The notes under the pieces are model-generated. The model searched no databases, was not told the origin of the DNA, and saw only the letters and a program-made list of their open reading frames with translations. The position numbers and the translations under genes were made by a program. From positions 6,728 to 70,727 of the IMG/VR virus record IMGVR_UViG_3300006467_000491: 64,000 bases of DNA. One strand, 5' to 3'. Origin of the DNA: a virus (lineage: Duplodnaviria; Caudoviricetes). Positions 1 to 9,671 of the stretch are shown in pieces (position 1 is the first letter of the stretch; each line of letters opens with the position of its first letter).

Positions 1-1815
1 CTCTGATTTCAGGCCGGATTCGATCGAAGCACACCAGAACACGTGCTGGAGCTTGAATCGCTTCCGTTTCTGGCCGGACGTGCCCCTGAACACCTCGTCA
101 CCGCGGCCGCTGGCCCGGATCATCTCTAGGATATCGTTGCGGTGGCGACTCTTCTCCAGCTCGTCGCAGAGCATGATTGCCGCCGAAGTCCCAATGTCCT
201 GCCGCAGACCGGCCGCGGAACTGTCCGAGCTGATGTGAGCCAATGGGCCCAGGATCTTCGCGATCTGCTTCAGGAGCGTCGATTTCCCCGCGTAGGACTG
301 TCCGATCAGGAATATCTGCGGGCGCCAGTTCCACAGAGTCTGCAGCCACGTGGCCATGATCATGCCCGTCAGGACGCTGGGAAATGTGTCCGGCCCGTAC
401 GTGAAGTCCCACTGGGCGATGAAATCCCGGCATTCTTCGATGGAATCGTGGTACAGGACGCCGGGTTTGTGTTCTGCACTCTCCAGATCGGCTTTCAATT
501 GCTGGAAGTCGACCCACTCCACCTGCCCGCCGATATCGTAGGCTTTCCCCAGATAGATTGGATCTTGCGTGACCTGCAGCCCAGGCTTGCCATTCAGGAT
601 TCCCAGCTGTTTCGCATTCACGAACACCATCGAATCGTGATTCATCCAGCAACCGAGCCCGAATTTCTCCTCAACGGACGGTGTGGCACCCGCGACCAGC
701 GCGAGAGCTTTCTTAATTTCTCCCAGACTGAAATCACCGTTGTCTTCCGCAGTCTGGCGAACCTTGTGGGCCGCGATCTTGCCGGTTGCCATCAGCAGCT
801 CCTCGTACCGCATTCTGGAGGGTTCGAGTGTTGTGAACTTCTGACTGGTCGCGCTGAAGAACTCTACCTGCGCCAAACCCTCCAGTTGGGCGACGTACGT
901 GATGCCGATCTCGGCGAGTATCTTCTTCTCGTATTCCAGCGGATCGGCGTCAGGGTCCGGTTCTGGCGTTTCAACGCGGGTCTGCAGGCCCGAATCCGGC
1001 CCCCATGGCTTCGCGTCCGCCAGCAGCTTCTGTAACTCTTCCGTGGTGTGCCCGTTTTGCAGCCAGTCGTCGAGCCCCCATTTCGGCTGACAATCCGGCA
1101 ACTCGATGACATGAATGGACTGAGCCACGTCCAGCAGGGAGTCGGCGACCGTTTTCGCGTGATCGGCCCCGACAATCAGGCCGGTCTTTTCATTCGGCGG
1201 GTCGCAGTCCGGAATCACAATTACGTCGCGATCTTTGAAGTGTTTGGCAAATGACTTCAGCCACTTCCCAGCGCCGCCGGGGTTCGTGGTTGCAGTCAGG
1301 CCGTGCTCTTCACGCAGATAGTCGACCTGCTTTTCGCCCTCGACGATGAACACCGGCCCCTTGGAGGCCCGCAGCTCCGGCAGTCGGTACGGGAACTTCT
1401 GCAGCCCTTTCGTCTTCCACGTCCAGCCGCCTTTACCGTCCGGCTGCCGCTGCCGGAAGTCTTTCTTCGCTCCGTTCTTCCCGGGCTCCAGCCGTACCAC
1501 CTGAAACCGAACGGCACGATCCTCGTCTTCGTAGTCGTACGTCGCCGTGATCTTGGAGTCGTACTCCCGCTTCTTCTTCGGCGGAAACATCTTCGTCCAT
1601 GTCAGGCCGGCGGCGTAGACGACCTCCTTCGGGTCACACCCGTTGTGGCAGTTGACGAGGATTCGGCCGTCATCCTCCAGTGAAATGCTCAGGCTGTTGT
1701 TATGCGTGCCACCGTCCGCCTCATGGACCGGGCAGTATGCCGTCCACGAATTGTCACCACCTGCTTTCACGCTCCTCAGATTGGCCAGTAATTCGTGAAT
1801 ATTCTCGTTCTGCAT
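1..1815 (-). CDS. Primase-helicase (Zn-finger + TOPRIM + P-loop), truncated by the left window edge
   Basis: Not in the ORF track because it runs off the window. Manual translation from ATG 1815 gives MQNENIHELL..., CPVHE...CHNGC (Zn finger), VFIVEGEKQVD and IPDCD (TOPRIM), and a later GQSYAGKST Walker A. Confidence 0.85.
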   Translation of the reverse strand, partial: MQNENIHELLANLRSVKAGGDNSWTAYCPVHEADGGTHNNSLSISLEDDGRILVNCHNGCDPKEVVYAAGLTWTKMFPPKKKREYDSKITATYDYEDEDRAVRFQVVRLEPGKNGAKKDFRQRQPDGKGGWTWKTKGLQKFPYRLPELRASKGPVFIVEGEKQVDYLREEHGLTATTNPGGAGKWLKSFAKHFKDRDVIVIPDCDPPNEKTGLIVGADHAKTVADSLLDVAQSIHVIELPDCQPKWGLDDWLQNGHTTEELQKLLADAKPWGPDSGLQTRVETPEPDPDADPLEYEKKILAEIGITYVAQLEGLAQVEFFSATSQKFTTLEPSRMRYEELLMATGKIAAHKVRQTAEDNGDFSLGEIKKALALVAGATPSVEEKFGLGCWMNHDSMVFVNAKQLGILNGKPGLQVTQDPIYLGKAYDIGGQVEWVDFQQLKADLESAEHKPGVLYHDSIEECRDFIAQWDFTYGPDTFPSVLTGMIMATWLQTLWNWRPQIFLIGQSYAGKSTLLKQIAKILGPLAHISSDSSAAGLRQDIGTSAAIMLCDELEKSRHRNDILEMIRASGRGDEVFRGTSGQKRKRFKLQHVFWCASIESGLKSE

Positions 1816-1835
1816 TTCCGGTCACTCCGTTGGTT

Positions 1836-2681
1836 TTAATTTTCGATTGCTCTTTGAGTTTCGATTCCCTCGTGATTCAGTTTCGGTCGCAGCAACCAGA
1901 TGTAATACAGTTCAGCAAAGTGAATGTCTTGTTCTGGCATTTCAATGAAGCAAACTCCGTGATCATCATGCACCTTGTTATGTGCTTTCAGCCGCGATGG
2001 AATGTTGACTGACTTCCCAACGTACTCGCACGACTCACCGCAGAACGCGAAGTAGATCCCTGTCACTGGGCGTTCTATTGCAATCACATGGCTCCATGGA
2101 GCGATAGACTGGACTGGCACTGGAGGCATCCCGTCCGATAACTGTCCAGCGATGACCCGCTCTGGCATCGTGTGCTTGGCCCTTATTTTTCGTTGTCGCA
2201 GATACTTACGGGCACATGCTTTCATTAGTGCGGGCTGAGCATTGATAGCTAGTCGAAAATCCGACTTAGCTACATCAACAAGGTTCCTGATTGCGTACAG
2301 TCGTTCCACCTGATCACTGATTTTTTGCTCGCGTTCTTGGAACAACTTGCCATCTTCGTTGTTGTTCAGTATGGATTCTGCCGCTGCTAACATTCCTTCG
2401 AAATAAGCTCTTGGCTGGAATGCCATCTCGTACACTGCCGCATCAGCAATTGGTTTCCCATTCCGCCATCTACCATTCTGCCAGCGATACACTGCAGTCT
2501 CGCCGTCCGGCCATGTGAAAGTGATGAGGTATCCTGTCGATCTATCGAACGTAATGTTCGTGATCCGTGGGACATCCACGCTTTGAGGCATCCGACTATA
2601 AAAAGCCCTGACCACTTCTTCAGTGCGTCCCGATGAAAGCAGCCAGTGAATCGAAGTGGCATAGTCATCCGCCCGCGTCAT
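1836..2681 (-). CDS. Protein with C-terminal GIY-YIG nuclease domain
   Basis: GIYFAFCGESCEYVGKSVNIPSRLKAH...ELYYIWLLRPKLN matches the GIY-YIG pattern; the gene looks more AT-rich than its flanks. Confidence 0.7.
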   Translation of the reverse strand: MTRADDYATSIHWLLSSGRTEEVVRAFYSRMPQSVDVPRITNITFDRSTGYLITFTWPDGETAVYRWQNGRWRNGKPIADAAVYEMAFQPRAYFEGMLAAAESILNNNEDGKLFQEREQKISDQVERLYAIRNLVDVAKSDFRLAINAQPALMKACARKYLRQRKIRAKHTMPERVIAGQLSDGMPPVPVQSIAPWSHVIAIERPVTGIYFAFCGESCEYVGKSVNIPSRLKAHNKVHDDHGVCFIEMPEQDIHFAELYYIWLLRPKLNHEGIETQRAIEN

Positions 2682-2685
2682 CGCT

Positions 2686-3465
2686 TCACCTCACCTTAGA
2701 AAAAAGGTCTTCCGTTCGACTCTCTGCCGCTTCGGCCGCGAGAGCCCTCTGCTTGTGCCACCAGAACCGTTCCAGCAGCCTGAATGTGGTCTGTTCCGCG
2801 TGATACCGGCCAGCACACATGATCCAATGGACTCCGGGGTATCTCACAGCCCATGCGAAGTACGTCCGGCTGATCGACTTGGCCCGTGCGCCGTGGTCAT
2901 GGCTATCGGCCAGTATGTCTGACCACGAGTGTTCACAGACAATTGCCGCGAATTCGCACATGTCGTTGAGGCGGGCAACTTCAGCTTCGAATGCGTCGCG
3001 CCGCTCTGAAAGTGACGACGCCAGATCATCGGCTTTCCGCTCGATCTGGATATCCGCCTCCATGCCGTCGATCGTGTAATCGCCCAGCCCGTCGCGCCAC
3101 AGCTGGCGGCGAACGATCGGCACGGAAACTGGCTTGTCGTCACGATCGCGAATCGTGTCGAACGCGAACGGAAACGTCTCGTTGTGGTCAATCACGATCG
3201 TGAATGGGCAAACGCCCTGTGTTTCCGCGTCAGGATCGTCGTCCGGTTTCCCCAGCGACCTGATCCAGTAGTCAGGCGGGTTGTCATCGCGCAGGCAGAT
3301 CCCGCGGTGGGCAAGATACAAGCGGAGCTTGTTTAAGGTGCTCTTGCCGCAACCGGGGATTGCCAGAATGTCGGTTGCGCGAATGAGCCGCCATCGCTCG
3401 AGGTCTTCCAGTGGGATCTGGAAGAGATTGCGCAACTTCGTGAGCGTCTTTCCTTTCAGCATCAC
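2686..3465 (-). CDS. ERCC4/XPF-family nuclease with N-terminal RNA polymerase alpha-CTD-like HhH domain
   Basis: GDYTIDGMEADIQIERKADDL fits the GDxnERKx3D motif; the N-terminal DILAIPGCGKSTLNKLRLYLAHRGICL resembles the alpha-CTD HhH. Confidence 0.8.
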   Translation of the reverse strand: MMLKGKTLTKLRNLFQIPLEDLERWRLIRATDILAIPGCGKSTLNKLRLYLAHRGICLRDDNPPDYWIRSLGKPDDDPDAETQGVCPFTIVIDHNETFPFAFDTIRDRDDKPVSVPIVRRQLWRDGLGDYTIDGMEADIQIERKADDLASSLSERRDAFEAEVARLNDMCEFAAIVCEHSWSDILADSHDHGARAKSISRTYFAWAVRYPGVHWIMCAGRYHAEQTTFRLLERFWWHKQRALAAEAAESRTEDLFSKVR

Positions 3466-4217
3466 GGTCGACTCGAACCGAGGTAGACTTTGCCAAATCC
3501 CTTCCGGCTTATCTCGTCGGCAATTTCTCGTTGAGCTGCTTCAAAAGCAACGTCGACATCGCCGTCGTAGACCTTAACCTGAATAACCCCTTCGGATGGA
3601 ACTGGAGTGACGCTGTAAGAGACAGTGAATCGTGACACTCGAATTCCCGTCGACGGATACACGCACCCTGCGACCGAAAACTCACGAGGAACGGAGTTCA
3701 TGTTTGTCACGCGATCTCGAGCTGCCTTACTGATAGCTTCGTCAGCCTCGCCAGTCGAGTAACCCTCCTCCTTGTGGGAAGCGAACTTGACTGATCCGAT
3801 CTTGTTGACATCCTCCTCGTCATATTCACACCCACGAAACGCCATCTTCATTTGACGGGCAACGGCGTTGGGTTTTCCGCTGAATGTCGTTTTTGACAGC
3901 CAGCAGGCGTGTCTGAGTGGGTAGTAGATATCTTGTTTGTCACACGCATAATCTAATGCCATACACCGCACCTCATCTCGTGACACGAGAATGGCACATG
4001 GATTTGGGTGCAGCACTTCACTGGCGAAATCACACAATGAATCCAGTGATCCAGCCTTGAAGAAAAAACCCCGGTGAGGAGTGGCTACCTCTTTCACTTC
4101 GCCCGTTGTGCGATTGAAGAAAACCACCTTGTCTGAAAACCTTTGTACTTCCTTCCATTCTTCCTTCTCGCCGAGTTCAACGAGATATTTCAACGCTTCT
4201 TTTATCATCTCAAACAC
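3462..4217 (-). CDS. Conserved phage hypothetical protein (DUF2303/YfdQ-like, tentative)
   Basis: 251-aa ORF with coupled start/stop; MIKEALKYLVELG start and pairing with a ~120-aa upstream gene recall a common phage gene pair. Confidence 0.45.
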   Translation of the reverse strand: MFEMIKEALKYLVELGEKEEWKEVQRFSDKVVFFNRTTGEVKEVATPHRGFFFKAGSLDSLCDFASEVLHPNPCAILVSRDEVRCMALDYACDKQDIYYPLRHACWLSKTTFSGKPNAVARQMKMAFRGCEYDEEDVNKIGSVKFASHKEEGYSTGEADEAISKAARDRVTNMNSVPREFSVAGCVYPSTGIRVSRFTVSYSVTPVPSEGVIQVKVYDGDVDVAFEAAQREIADEISRKGFGKVYLGSSRP

Positions 4218-4268
4218 TCCATTTCGGGTCGCACAAAATCACCAACTGAACGATTCAGTGGCTTGCTC

Positions 4269-4640
4269 TCAGTCGTCCGATTCTTCGTCGTCCTCGAACC
4301 CCAGTACCGGCTGTTCCGGGTGGTGGTCGATACTGTCGGTGTCTGTTTCGAACCCAAGTCCGCGACTCTTCGGGATGTAGCGGAGGCTCCGCTTCATCAC
4401 TTTCTTCGGCAGCGTCTTCTGAACTGAAAACTGAGTTGCCGTTGATTTGAGTGCATCGGGGTTGTCTTCATCCGGAACTGGGGTCAACTGGATCTCAATC
4501 ACCAGCTTTCTCGGCTTCTTCAGCCCCGGTCGTTGCTCGAGATCTGCTGTGATCTCTGCGAGTTCCTGATCCACTTCTGCGGCCAGTAACCCTCGAGCCA
4601 GTTTTGTCAGCGTTTCGAGTCTCAGAACTTCCATTGTCAT
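4269..4640 (-). CDS. Phage hypothetical protein (partner of the downstream gene)
   Basis: 123-aa ORF with acidic tail; KKPRKLVIEIQLTP motif. Confidence 0.55.
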   Translation of the reverse strand: MTMEVLRLETLTKLARGLLAAEVDQELAEITADLEQRPGLKKPRKLVIEIQLTPVPDEDNPDALKSTATQFSVQKTLPKKVMKRSLRYIPKSRGLGFETDTDSIDHHPEQPVLGFEDDEESDD

Positions 4641-4706
4641 CGTTCACACCTTTGCAAAAAGAAAATCGTAATCCACCTTCGACACTTTCACCTCGTGACC
4701 TGCCTG

Positions 4707-5303
4707 TTAAGCGTGATCGAGGCCTCCCGCCACTCCTTCCCAATACTTCATGCTGCAATCCCACTTGTCTAACCCAAGGAAATTGGCGCACTCTTCGCAA
4801 GCGCGGAGTTCGCCCTCAGCGACTTCGATACCAACCGCTTTCGTGCATGTCTTTGACCTGTTCAGTTTCTCGTTAACCCTGCCGTTCTCATCTTCGTGGC
4901 ATTCGTAGAACAAGACTGTGGCTACACCCACGAACCGGAGGTTTTCTGTTGTGACCTTGAACTTTCCGTCTTCGTGTACGAGCCAGACTGAAACCATATT
5001 TTCAGCAGGGCAGATACTTGTGATTTCGTACTCTCTTCGCACCCAGCCCTTCTTCGGCTTTGGGGGTGTCACCGTGGAAGATGACTGCACGGCCAGTCCT
5101 TTTTGATTCGCAAGCCATTTGCTCACTTCAAGCTGGCCTCGATCATCCTTTTTCGCTGCCTGCCACTCAGGATTGACGTGTCGCCACGGAAACCAGGTTT
5201 TATGCTCGCCCTCAACCTGATGCAGAAGAAAGAGGCCGGCCTTCTCGGTTCTTGCCAACAGCGTGGCTTCGCCAAGATTCGTGAATCCGGTTACGTACAT
5301 CAC
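4707..5303 (-). CDS. Hypothetical protein with Cys-rich C-terminus
   Basis: 198-aa ORF directly abutting the helicase stop at 5304. Confidence 0.6.
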   Translation of the reverse strand: MMYVTGFTNLGEATLLARTEKAGLFLLHQVEGEHKTWFPWRHVNPEWQAAKKDDRGQLEVSKWLANQKGLAVQSSSTVTPPKPKKGWVRREYEITSICPAENMVSVWLVHEDGKFKVTTENLRFVGVATVLFYECHEDENGRVNEKLNRSKTCTKAVGIEVAEGELRACEECANFLGLDKWDCSMKYWEGVAGGLDHA

Positions 5304-7670
5304 TCACACCTTCGCAAAAATTGCATCGAAGTTGATTTTCGTGACTTCAGCCTCGCGATTCGCACGCTCGATCAGGAACGTCTTGCGGTCACTGATCCCA
5401 TCGCGATTCATCATCTTGTCGACTGTGACCTTCCGGCCAACCACCAGCGTTGCCTTCTCTGCACGGCTGATCGCTGTGTAGATCCAGTTGCGGGACTGAA
5501 CCATGTTGCCAGCGCTGCTGCTGTCGACCATCACGATAACGTACTTCCACTGGCTGCCCTGACTGCGATGGCAAGACAGGACGTATCCCAGATCCCAATC
5601 ACCAACCGCGCCTTTGGTTGCGTCCTCACTGTCGGCGATATCTGCTTCATTGGCCTTCACTGGGGCGTGTGGAATTGCGATCGTTCGGAGGGGGTCATCC
5701 AGTCGCACGGTCATAATGCCAGGTCGAAGTGATATCACCTGCCCTAGTTCACCGTTCGCGACGAAATGCTCCTCGTGTTTCGTTTCCGCATCCTGATAGG
5801 TGCCGTTCTTCAAGCACACCACTTTGTCGCCAACACGAAACGGGTTGCCATGCACGGTTTCGCCGTCCGCATTCAGGATTCGTTGCAGCAGGTTGTTCAG
5901 CGGCTTCCGGGACACTTCCCCGCGATTATTCACAGCCGTGATGACTTGCACGTTCCAGACAACGGATTGCACGTCTTCCTGCTGGCCCATCTGGTTGATG
6001 AGGTTCTCCAGCGCGACGACCTGAACATCATCGGCCACTTCAACGAACGGGAGGTTTTCCCCTGCATCCACGTCGAGCTTCGGTGAAGGCACGAACTTCC
6101 GTTGGTCCCGAATGGTCGCGCAGCACTGCACGATTCGACCTGAGTTGCGGCGGATCTCGGTCAGGTGCCCCGTCGGCACGATTGACTGCATGTCGAGAAA
6201 TGGGCGGCCGTGTCCAACTGGAGCAAGTTGGTTGCTGTCTCCGACAAACAACAGATGCGTATCCGGGTCGCACGCACGCATCAGAGACGCCATCAGATCC
6301 ACGTCGATCATTGACGACTCATCGACCACGATGAATCGAAATGGCAGCGGGTTCTGATCGTTGTAGTAGAAACACCAGCCGTCACTGCCTTCCGCGCTTT
6401 CCACGCCCAGCAACCGATGAATTGTTGTTGCCTCTAGCTTGACTTCATTCGACAGGAGGGCTTGCGTCATCCGCACACTCGCCTTGCCGGTTGGGGCGCA
6501 GGCCGCAATTTGATCGCAGCCGTATTTCTCGATCAGGGCTTTCGCGATGCAGGCGACTGCGAATGTCTTCCCGACGCCCGGGGAACCCTGCAGGCAACAA
6601 ATCTTGCCATCGAGTGCTGTTTCGATTGCCCCGAGCTGGTGATCGGACAACTCCAGCCCTTCGGGTGCAAACTGGGCGATGTACTCAACGGTCGGCCAGT
6701 CACCACAATCACCGGACTGTGTTTCAACCAGAGTTTCCGCAATCTCTTGCTCATGCAGGGCACGTCTTGCAATGGCGACCCACTTTCCACCACGCACAAC
6801 CAGCAGGTTGTTCATCACGGCCCACTCGATCGCTTTGTCGGGTTCAGCGCGAGCACGGTCGACGTTGCGGGTTACTGCTGACTTGGCCATCCCGATTGGA
6901 AACCACGTGCTTCCGGATGTGTCCTTGCCAATTTCGTAAGCTGCACACAAGCCTTGCCGTTGCATCGCGGCGAGAGCATCGAGGTATTCCCCGCTCGTCT
7001 TGGCTTTTTCACGGGCCAAATCACAGTAGAGCTTATCCGCGCCCTTGAATCCGATACCGGCCAGCTGCGTCAACTCGTAGGGATTGTCCCTGATGACTTG
7101 TGCGGCGTTTGTCCCAAATGCCTTGATTGCCCGGTTGGCGGTCTGCTTTGGGAACCCACGACCATCCAGCAGTTTGATCAGGTCGAGCTTCGCCCCTCGC
7201 GTGTTTCTGGACCCATTCAGTATCTTCGCCGCAATTGCCGCTTTGCCGGCATCCCAGCGATTGATTCCCTCAGCGGCTTTCACTGGGTCTTCGATCAGCC
7301 CCTCGATCGCACCAACGCCGAATTTTTCAATCAGCTTATGGGCAATCCGAGTAGTCAGGGAGCCCCGCTCCGGGCCGCGACACTGCTGCGTCATGTAGGC
7401 AACCAGCGAGTCTTCGTCGATCGGGCTTGTTTCAACGAATGAGTTGAACTGGAACTGCTCACCGTACGTGTGGTGTGTTCGCATGTGCCCGAAGAAACGG
7501 TAGGTCACTCCGCGAGCTATCTCGTCTTCACCCGCGTATCCCTTGACTGTGACCTTCTCTGTTTTGTCCGGCAAACGAATATCGCCGATGATGCAGCGCC
7601 GATTTGGGCCGTTGTCGAATGCGTAATTGACCCCGAGAAACACTCCAACAAGTTCACGATTTCGCGGCAT
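5304..7670 (-). CDS. recD2: RecD2-like SF1B helicase
   Basis: GSPGVGKT Walker A, IVVDESSM, VGDSNQL, SQGSQW, YTAISRA; long N-terminal extension with HhH (LAGIGFKGAD). Confidence 0.92.
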   Translation of the reverse strand: MPRNRELVGVFLGVNYAFDNGPNRRCIIGDIRLPDKTEKVTVKGYAGEDEIARGVTYRFFGHMRTHHTYGEQFQFNSFVETSPIDEDSLVAYMTQQCRGPERGSLTTRIAHKLIEKFGVGAIEGLIEDPVKAAEGINRWDAGKAAIAAKILNGSRNTRGAKLDLIKLLDGRGFPKQTANRAIKAFGTNAAQVIRDNPYELTQLAGIGFKGADKLYCDLAREKAKTSGEYLDALAAMQRQGLCAAYEIGKDTSGSTWFPIGMAKSAVTRNVDRARAEPDKAIEWAVMNNLLVVRGGKWVAIARRALHEQEIAETLVETQSGDCGDWPTVEYIAQFAPEGLELSDHQLGAIETALDGKICCLQGSPGVGKTFAVACIAKALIEKYGCDQIAACAPTGKASVRMTQALLSNEVKLEATTIHRLLGVESAEGSDGWCFYYNDQNPLPFRFIVVDESSMIDVDLMASLMRACDPDTHLLFVGDSNQLAPVGHGRPFLDMQSIVPTGHLTEIRRNSGRIVQCCATIRDQRKFVPSPKLDVDAGENLPFVEVADDVQVVALENLINQMGQQEDVQSVVWNVQVITAVNNRGEVSRKPLNNLLQRILNADGETVHGNPFRVGDKVVCLKNGTYQDAETKHEEHFVANGELGQVISLRPGIMTVRLDDPLRTIAIPHAPVKANEADIADSEDATKGAVGDWDLGYVLSCHRSQGSQWKYVIVMVDSSSAGNMVQSRNWIYTAISRAEKATLVVGRKVTVDKMMNRDGISDRKTFLIERANREAEVTKINFDAIFAKV

Positions 7671-7742
7671 GGCGGTGCCTTTAAGGGAAGGGGCGCCGTG
7701 CGGGTCGACGATTCACGCAACCTCACCGCACAGCGCCAGCGT

Positions 7743-7776
7743 GAAGAAAGAAGCGACAGAGTCTTCCCGCTGTCGC
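7743..7776 (-). terminator. Weak intrinsic terminator-like hairpin after the SSB-like gene
   Basis: 7-bp stem GCGACAG/CTGTCGC followed on the minus strand by TTCTTTCTTC. Confidence 0.35.
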
Positions 7777-7818
7777 ACCGGGACCGGGAGCCAGGCACCC
7801 GGCAGGCACTGGGTAGCT

Positions 7819-8430
7819 TCAAACCTTGCCCGCGAACGGGTCAGCTGGCCCGGTAGCAGGGGCGGCTGCTGTTGGAGCAGAGCTGCCCTCTTTTGCACCA
7901 TCCCACTCGCCGACCTCGGCAGCCAGCCGGTTCAGCAGTCCCTGATTCCGCGGCCAGTCTTTCGTCTTCGGATCTCCGACGTGATAGAAATCGAGGCCAG
8001 CGCCAGCGACCTTCAGGAACTCTCGGCCACTCTCTTTGTCTTTCTCCATGTGCAGAACAACCATCATCGGACGACCAACAATCGTGGTGTAGTCCAGTTC
8101 TGGCTGGGAACCAGCTGCCTGCCATGCTTTGATATCAGCGTGATTGAACAACCCCGACGCGAGCCCGAGTGCTGTCATCCGCTTGGCTGGATGACCCTTT
8201 CCCGTTGTGTCGTTTGCCCAGATCAGTTCCTTGGTGATCTTTCCGACACTCTCGGGGTCAGTCCACGCCACAACTTCCATCGTCAGTCCGTGTGCCCGTC
8301 CGCCCTGTTCACCGTGCTCAGTGAATTCGTTAATGACGACCATTCCCCTGCCGGGGCTTGGTAAATCGAGTCCACCGGAATGAATCTTTTCCGGATCACC
8401 AACATTCGAAAGGTCAAGATTGATCCCCAT
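7819..8430 (-). CDS. Probable single-stranded DNA-binding protein (OB-fold, DUF669-like)
   Basis: Lies in the recombination cluster; beta-rich core with a flexible tail ending DPFAGKV. Confidence 0.55.
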   Translation of the reverse strand: MGINLDLSNVGDPEKIHSGGLDLPSPGRGMVVINEFTEHGEQGGRAHGLTMEVVAWTDPESVGKITKELIWANDTTGKGHPAKRMTALGLASGLFNHADIKAWQAAGSQPELDYTTIVGRPMMVVLHMEKDKESGREFLKVAGAGLDFYHVGDPKTKDWPRNQGLLNRLAAEVGEWDGAKEGSSAPTAAAPATGPADPFAGKV

Positions 8431-8674
8431 AACTACAGAACCTCCATTGCAAAGGCGGTAAGTGCCGCTTCGATCTGTTCGAACTCACCGGAAGTGGTTG
8501 CCCAGTGTGGTGGATAGCCGAGATCAGCAATCCCCACGGCGTACACTCGCGCTGGCCCGAACAAATCAACCGCGGCGAAGAGTTGATGCGGCCAGGTAAA
8601 CGGGACCGCGTCCGTGTCGATTTCGTGTGAAAGTGAAATTGGAAAACAGCTCCAGATCCATTGCTTCCAAGCGA

Positions 8675-9655
8675 TTACGTCTTCGAGAGTTCGCTTCGGA
8701 ACCGTTCGATCAGCTTCGCGATCTGCTCTGCTGTCGCATCCTTCGGTTGTGTCACATCGCATGCGCGGCACACTCCCTGCGACACTTGTTCCAGCGTCAG
8801 CCCGGTTTGCTTCCCCACGGCCACCAACTCCACAAGCTGCTCGTTGGTGCATTTCGGTGCGGTCGACGCCACTGGCTCGTCAATGATTGGCGATTCTTCA
8901 GCGGCCGGAGCCGCAGGAGTATCAGTTGCGGGTGCTGGCGCTGCCTTTTCTGGCTCCACAGTTGTTACTGGCTGCTCGGAAGCCATCGCCGCAAGTTCTG
9001 CCTGACGATCAGCAACGGCTTTTGCATTTGCTGATGCTGCCACAGCAGCAGCTGACTTGGCGGCTGGTTCGTCGATATCCAGATCGTTGAAATCGTCGTA
9101 TCCGGCGATGATACCGGGGTCGATGATTTTCACGGCCTTGCGGATCAGTGCCGCACGAAGCATGGCGGAGGGGTTTGTCTTCCAGTTGCTGCCATCTTTC
9201 GTGAACTTGTCGCCCACCTGCAGCTTGGCATCATTGAGTGTGTATGACACCCGCATTGGTTCTGGCTGATGTTTCGGGTGGCTGAACAGGGCCACCGCGT
9301 TTCCATCTTCGCCAAGAGACTCCCACTTGATACGACCACCACGAGACTGGAATTCAGCCTGAATGGCGGTTGCCCGCATTGAACCGTCACCGTGGTAACG
9401 CTTCATGTAGTCGGAGAACGAAAGGTTCTCAGTTTGGCACGTCATCGCCATGATGATGCCATGATGTGGCGAGTTCAAATTGAACGCCACATAAAGCGAT
9501 TGGCCCAGCTCCTTTCCGAACGCGAGCGGGTCTTTTACTTTCTCGTACATCGACGCTTTCGCGTGCGTCTCATGCACGACCGAATCAAGCAGTGAATTGG
9601 CAGTAGCTAACGCTGCGGCCTCTCCCTGCGGTTGAGAGGTTGTTGCTGTGCTCAT
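8675..9655 (-). CDS. Single-strand annealing protein (RecT/Red-beta-like)
   Basis: NWKTNPSAMLRAALIRKAVKIIDPGIIAG resembles the RecT core; Ala/Pro/Glu linker and small helical C-domain; adjacent to an exonuclease. Confidence 0.7.
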   Translation of the reverse strand: MSTATTSQPQGEAAALATANSLLDSVVHETHAKASMYEKVKDPLAFGKELGQSLYVAFNLNSPHHGIIMAMTCQTENLSFSDYMKRYHGDGSMRATAIQAEFQSRGGRIKWESLGEDGNAVALFSHPKHQPEPMRVSYTLNDAKLQVGDKFTKDGSNWKTNPSAMLRAALIRKAVKIIDPGIIAGYDDFNDLDIDEPAAKSAAAVAASANAKAVADRQAELAAMASEQPVTTVEPEKAAPAPATDTPAAPAAEESPIIDEPVASTAPKCTNEQLVELVAVGKQTGLTLEQVSQGVCRACDVTQPKDATAEQIAKLIERFRSELSKT

Positions 9656-9671
9656 AATGTGGCGGTGCCCT

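Noticed and set aside
8433-8852. 139-aa ORF between the annealase and SSB-like genes
   Set aside because: Its first ~60 codons overlap the annealase. The last ~60-80 codons may be a real small gene, but I found no credible start codon.
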